Positions 16,290 to 19,509 of a DNA stretch of 19,509 bases are shown here, piece by piece. The notes beneath the pieces are model-generated. The model did not search any database and was not told the DNA's origin. It saw only the letters and a program-made list of their open reading frames with translations. Position 1 is the stretch's first letter; every line of letters begins with the position of its first letter. This stretch comes from a bacterium (GTDB taxonomy: Bacteria; UBA8248): contig CAXXHI010000005.1 in NCBI GenBank assembly GCA_963692865.2, positions 1 to 19,509 on the forward strand, given 5' to 3'. The position numbers were made by a program, and so were the translations under genes.

Positions 16290-17639
16290 CTAGAGCATGG
16301 ACGCCGCCTTCACGGCCAGCGCCTTCGCCCTGGCGTAGTTGGCCTTGACCTGCGCGTCCCATTCACGTTCGATCTCGGCCTGGCGGCCCGTCACCTTCGT
16401 GGTCGCCTTCTTGCGCTTTTTCTTGAAGATCGCGTTGAATTCCTTCTTGCTCGCCTGGGCGGCGGTGATGGGCACCTTGGCGACGAGCGCCTTCGCCTCG
16501 TCGATCAGCTTCCTGGCCGCGGCGTTCTTCTTGCCGCCCATTTGCGCCTCGGCGGTCTGGATGGCCTTGGTCGCCGCGCGCAGATCGCTCAGGCGGTAGG
16601 TGACCATCACGTCGAACAGCGAGTTGATGACGTTGTAGCGGCCCTTCGAAAGTTGCAAGTCGAACTTGACCGCCGCGCCGATGGACTTGTCCTTGAACGG
16701 GTTCGGGAAGTCGGCGGGCGCCTTGGCGTAGGTCGCCGGGTTGACGGGCAGGCGCCTGATTTTCGGGTTGAGCAGCACTTCCTGGCCCGGGGGCGAGAGC
16801 AGGAACTCGATGAACGCCGCCGCGGCCTTGGGATGCGGCGCGTTCTTGACGATGGCGATGTTCGCGGGCACCAGCGTCGTCACCGGCGGGTAGATGAACT
16901 TCACGGGGAAGCCCGAAGCCTCCGACGAGAGGCCGAAGAAGTCGATCACGATGCCCAGGCCGAACTGGCCGGAGTTCACGCCGTCGGGCACGCCGAAGCT
17001 GCGCTCGGTGACTGTCTTGAAGTTCCCTGCGATGGCCTTCCACTCGGCCCAGCCCTTCTCCCAGCCCTTGCCCTGCAGGAGGGTCTCGACGGTGAGGTGG
17101 GTGGTGCCCGAGCGCGAGGGCGCGCTCATGCCGACGTGGCCGTGGTAGACGGGCTTGGCCAGATCGGCCCAGGTCCCGGGCGCGGGCAGCTTCTTGGCCT
17201 TGAGGTAGCGGGTGTTCCACATGATGCCGTAGCCCGAGGCCGCGAACCCCTTGTAGTAGCCCTCGGGGTCGTTGATCGGGAAAGCGCCCACCTTCTTGGG
17301 AATGCCCTTGATCTTGACCTTGTATTTCTGGAGCAGGTTGTCGCCCTTCAGCACCTCGAAGGCGTCGGGCGCGGATGCCCAGAACATGTCGGAGCGGTTG
17401 TTGGAGGCGGTTTCTTGTAAGTACTTGATGCCGGCGGTGGTCTTTTTCTTGAGCATCTCGACCTTGACGCCGGGGTGTTTCTTCTCGAAAGCCTTCTTGA
17501 CGGTGGTCGTCGTGTCCGGCGGGTAGGACGTGACGATGACGAGCTTCTTCTCGAGCGCGCCCGCGCCGAGGGGCGCCGCCAGGACGGCCAGCGCCAAGCC
17601 GAACGCGATGGTCCAGAGAGTCGTTCTCTTGATTGTCAT
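16290..17639 (-). CDS. ABC transporter substrate-binding protein, PgtC/AfuA-like
   Basis: Signal peptide ending in AGA, WASAPDAF, MSAPSRSGTTHLTVETLLQGKGWEKGW, FIEFLLSPPGQ and a long helical C-terminal extension. GAGGAGG RBS. Confidence 0.88.
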   Translation of the reverse strand: MTIKRTTLWTIAFGLALAVLAAPLGAGALEKKLVIVTSYPPDTTTTVKKAFEKKHPGVKVEMLKKKTTAGIKYLQETASNNRSDMFWASAPDAFEVLKGDNLLQKYKVKIKGIPKKVGAFPINDPEGYYKGFAASGYGIMWNTRYLKAKKLPAPGTWADLAKPVYHGHVGMSAPSRSGTTHLTVETLLQGKGWEKGWAEWKAIAGNFKTVTERSFGVPDGVNSGQFGLGIVIDFFGLSSEASGFPVKFIYPPVTTLVPANIAIVKNAPHPKAAAAFIEFLLSPPGQEVLLNPKIRRLPVNPATYAKAPADFPNPFKDKSIGAAVKFDLQLSKGRYNVINSLFDVMVTYRLSDLRAATKAIQTAEAQMGGKKNAAARKLIDEAKALVAKVPITAAQASKKEFNAIFKKKRKKATTKVTGRQAEIEREWDAQVKANYARAKALAVKAASML

Positions 17640-17728
17640 AGGATTATCCTCCTCATTTTCCCCAAAGGGGGTCTTGTGCGGGGTTGTCTGTGAAATTCTA
17701 TTAAGTGAGACCTATTTCGGATGGCGCG

Positions 17729-17737
17729 AGTATACCA
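17729..17737 (-). promoter_or_regulatory. Putative extended -10 promoter for the ABC operon
   Basis: TGGTATACT (TGn-TATACT) about 90 nt upstream of the start; no good -35 box. Confidence 0.4.
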
Positions 17738-17787
17738 CAAAACGCCAAAAAAAGCGGCGGAAGCTATCCGTGCGGAGCGCCCTCGCG

Positions 17788-18387
17788 CTATCGCTTGTTC
17801 AACTCCACGTCGATGGTGATGCGCACCTCGTCGCCCACGACGAGCCCGCCCGCTTCGAGCAGGCGGTTGTACTTCACCCCGAAATCCTTGCGGTTGATCC
17901 GCGTGGCGGCGCTGGCGCCCATCTTCACGGTTCCGCGCCGCGTTTCGACCTCCCCGCTGATGTCGGCCACCTTGAGGACCACTTCTCGCGTGACGCCGCG
18001 GATGGTCAGATCCCCGACGAGGTCGAGGCCCTCCGCGCCCGCATTCTTCACGGATTTCGACTTGAACGTGATGGAGGGATGCTTCTCGACGAGCAGGAAG
18101 TCGTCGTTCCGGAGATGGTTGTCGCGCCGCGCGTTGCGCGTGTTGATCGAGTCGGCGTCGATGACGATGTCCGCAGCCGAGGCGCCGGGGTTCTTCCTGT
18201 CGTAGCGGACCGTGCCCGACACTTTTTGGAATTCCCCCCGCACCCAGGTGACGCCCAGGTGGCGCACCTTGAAGCTTACTGTCGTGTGGGCGGCGTCGAT
18301 TCTCCAGTCGGCGGCGTTCGAGAGGGCGGGCGCCGTCAGCCATGCCGCCGCTAACAGCATCACGGCAAACTTCGCAAATCGGTTCAT
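17788..18387 (-). CDS. yceI: YceI-family polyisoprenoid-binding periplasmic protein
   Basis: Signal peptide, then WRIDAAHTTVSFKVRHLG, SINTRNARRDNHLRNDDF, GDLTIRGVTREV and INRKDFG. Confidence 0.93.
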   Translation of the reverse strand: MNRFAKFAVMLLAAAWLTAPALSNAADWRIDAAHTTVSFKVRHLGVTWVRGEFQKVSGTVRYDRKNPGASAADIVIDADSINTRNARRDNHLRNDDFLLVEKHPSITFKSKSVKNAGAEGLDLVGDLTIRGVTREVVLKVADISGEVETRRGTVKMGASAATRINRKDFGVKYNRLLEAGGLVVGDEVRITIDVELNKR

Positions 18388-18536
18388 GAGTTCGTTCCTC
18401 TGTATGAATGGGTATTGGCGGCGGAAACGCGCCCGATTCTAGGCGTGACGGAACAAATGCGCAATGACGGGGCATGGATTTTTCAATCGACATACGCTTA
18501 TGAAACCATCCCCCCTTGGTCGGGATGTCAATGTTC

Positions 18537-18612
18537 GTGTAGGGGTCGCATATCATGCGACCCGCATTGTAAAGACGAAAAGGCCGGGCCGCATGATATG
18601 CGGCCCCTACAC
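18537..18612. repeat. GTAG-family REP doublet, copy 3
   Basis: GTGTAGGGGTCGCATATCATGCGACCCG ... CGGGCCGCATGATATGCGGCCCCTACAC. Confidence 0.9.
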
Positions 18613-18688
18613 CTCCCGTGTTGACTTCGCCAGTCTTGAAGTTTATTCCCCCCTCGCGGGCAATGCCGATTAACGCGCAATATGGAAA

Positions 18689-18924
18689 CACTCCCCCCCT
18701 TGAGGATCGGGCTTCCCGAGGGAAAGCCCGACGAAGAGGCCGAGCGGTTTGTGCGAAGGCCGATTCGGTGGGGGGAGCTTTATTCTGTGGCGTGTCCCCC
18801 CACTAGTTCGCTTTCGGGCTTACGCCCTCACCTCGTCGCCTCCCCCTCAAGGGGGAGTGAATCTTTTCTCTCGTCTGTTATTTACATACGCCGAATCACG
18901 CGAATCGACTTTTTCAACAGACCC
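18689..18924. repeat. ACTCCCCCCTTGAGG-family palindrome, copy 2, followed by a lone right terminal repeat
   Basis: CACTCCCCCCCTTGAGG (18689) ... GGTGGGGGGA / TCCCCCCAC ... TTCGGGCTT ... CTCCCCCTCAAGGGGGAGTG (to 18859), same layout as 191-443. GACTTTTTCAACAGACCC at 18907-18924. Confidence 0.75.
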
Positions 18925-18940
18925 AATATGTAATTTTTTG

Positions 18941-19315
18941 TTACGCGTCGCCATACCTTTCCGGGGACTCTTCCTCCTCCGACTTTTGGCCCTCCAGATA
19001 CTTTCCGTATGCATCGTGCGCCGTCTCGGCGCAGAGGTCGGGCCCGCGCTTGTAGGCCGCCCTCGATATGAGGTGCGCGGCGACGGGCGCGGTCAGGAAC
19101 AGGAAGAAAACGGCCAGAAGCGCCTGCGTCGTGACGGCGGCGCTCTGGAAGATGAGGAGCGCGCCCAGGAGGATGCCGCCCATGCCGAAGGTCGTCGCCT
19201 TGGTGGCCGCGTGCATGCGGCAGTAGACGTCGGGCAGGCGCACGAGGCCGATGCTCGCGACCAGCATGAAGAACGAGCCCCCCAGCAGCAGGACGGCGGC
19301 GAGTGCGTCACTCAA
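18941..19315 (-). CDS. mnhG: Multicomponent Na+/H+ antiporter subunit G
   Basis: SIGLVRLPDVYCRMHAATKATTFG and FLFLTAPVAAHLISRAAY. TTG start overlaps the end of mnhF. Confidence 0.93.
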   Translation of the reverse strand: MSDALAAVLLLGGSFFMLVASIGLVRLPDVYCRMHAATKATTFGMGGILLGALLIFQSAAVTTQALLAVFFLFLTAPVAAHLISRAAYKRGPDLCAETAHDAYGKYLEGQKSEEEESPERYGDA

Positions 19316-19509
19316 TGATCTTCCCCCTCTCGAGGAACTTCGCGTACACCGTCGTGCCCACGAAGCTCAGGATGGCCAGGGCGAGCACGGCGATGATGAA
19401 CAGCTTGTTGTGCGTCTGGACGGCGAAGAGCGCGATGACGCCGAGCACGTTCGTGGCGAGGTGTCCGCCGCCACCACGCGGTCCGAGGTCGTGGGTCCCT
19501 TCGCGAGGC
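19308..19509 (-). CDS. mnhF: Multicomponent Na+/H+ antiporter subunit F, 5'-truncated by the window edge, with a 1-nt deletion at about 19460
   Basis: LAKGPTTSDRVVAAD; restoring one C (GAC ACC CTC) gives TLATNVLGVIALFAV...LALAILSFVGTTVYAKFLERGKIIE*. Not in the ORF track. Confidence 0.85.
   Translation of the reverse strand, partial: PREGTHDLGPRGGGGHLATNVLGVIALFAVQTHNKLFIIAVLALAILSFVGTTVYAKFLERGKIIE

Noticed and set aside
15783-17420. Long antisense or alternative-frame ORFs (also 9853..11004, 11023..12243, 5494..6495, 7962..8915, 12358..13347)
   Set aside because: These are shadows of real genes, expected in high-GC DNA; they show no family motifs and have biased composition.

Overview
GC-rich bacterial window of catabolic and transport genes separated by unusually repeat-dense intergenic regions. 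Gene order: amidohydrolase (-, one frameshift), orphan DUF2283 gene (-), AhpD/CMD-family protein (-), DUF433 antitoxin with a wrecked PIN-toxin remnant (+), two tandem Gfo/Idh/MocA oxidoreductase paralogs (+), cupin (-), TAXI-type TRAP transporter (+), alpha/beta-hydrolase (+), signal-peptide-less SsuA/THI5-fold protein (+), three-gene ABC importer with a PgtC-like binding protein (-), yceI (-), and the 3' end of an mnh/mrp Na+/H+ antiporter operon (-). Highlights: (1) the AhpD-like gene, split in the ORF track, has TGA at the second position of its CxxC motif (C-A-Y-UGA) followed by a SECIS-like hairpin, so it is probably a hidden selenoprotein; (2) a family of non-coding cassettes with GGGGTTGTTGAAAAAGTCC-like terminal inverted repeats carries variable, nested palindromic cargo; (3) a promoter/two-hairpin/terminator leader sits directly upstream of the cupin; (4) the hydrolase has Gly at its nucleophile position. 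Three small indels in simple repeats suggest residual sequencing error. All family calls come from motif recognition, not database searches.
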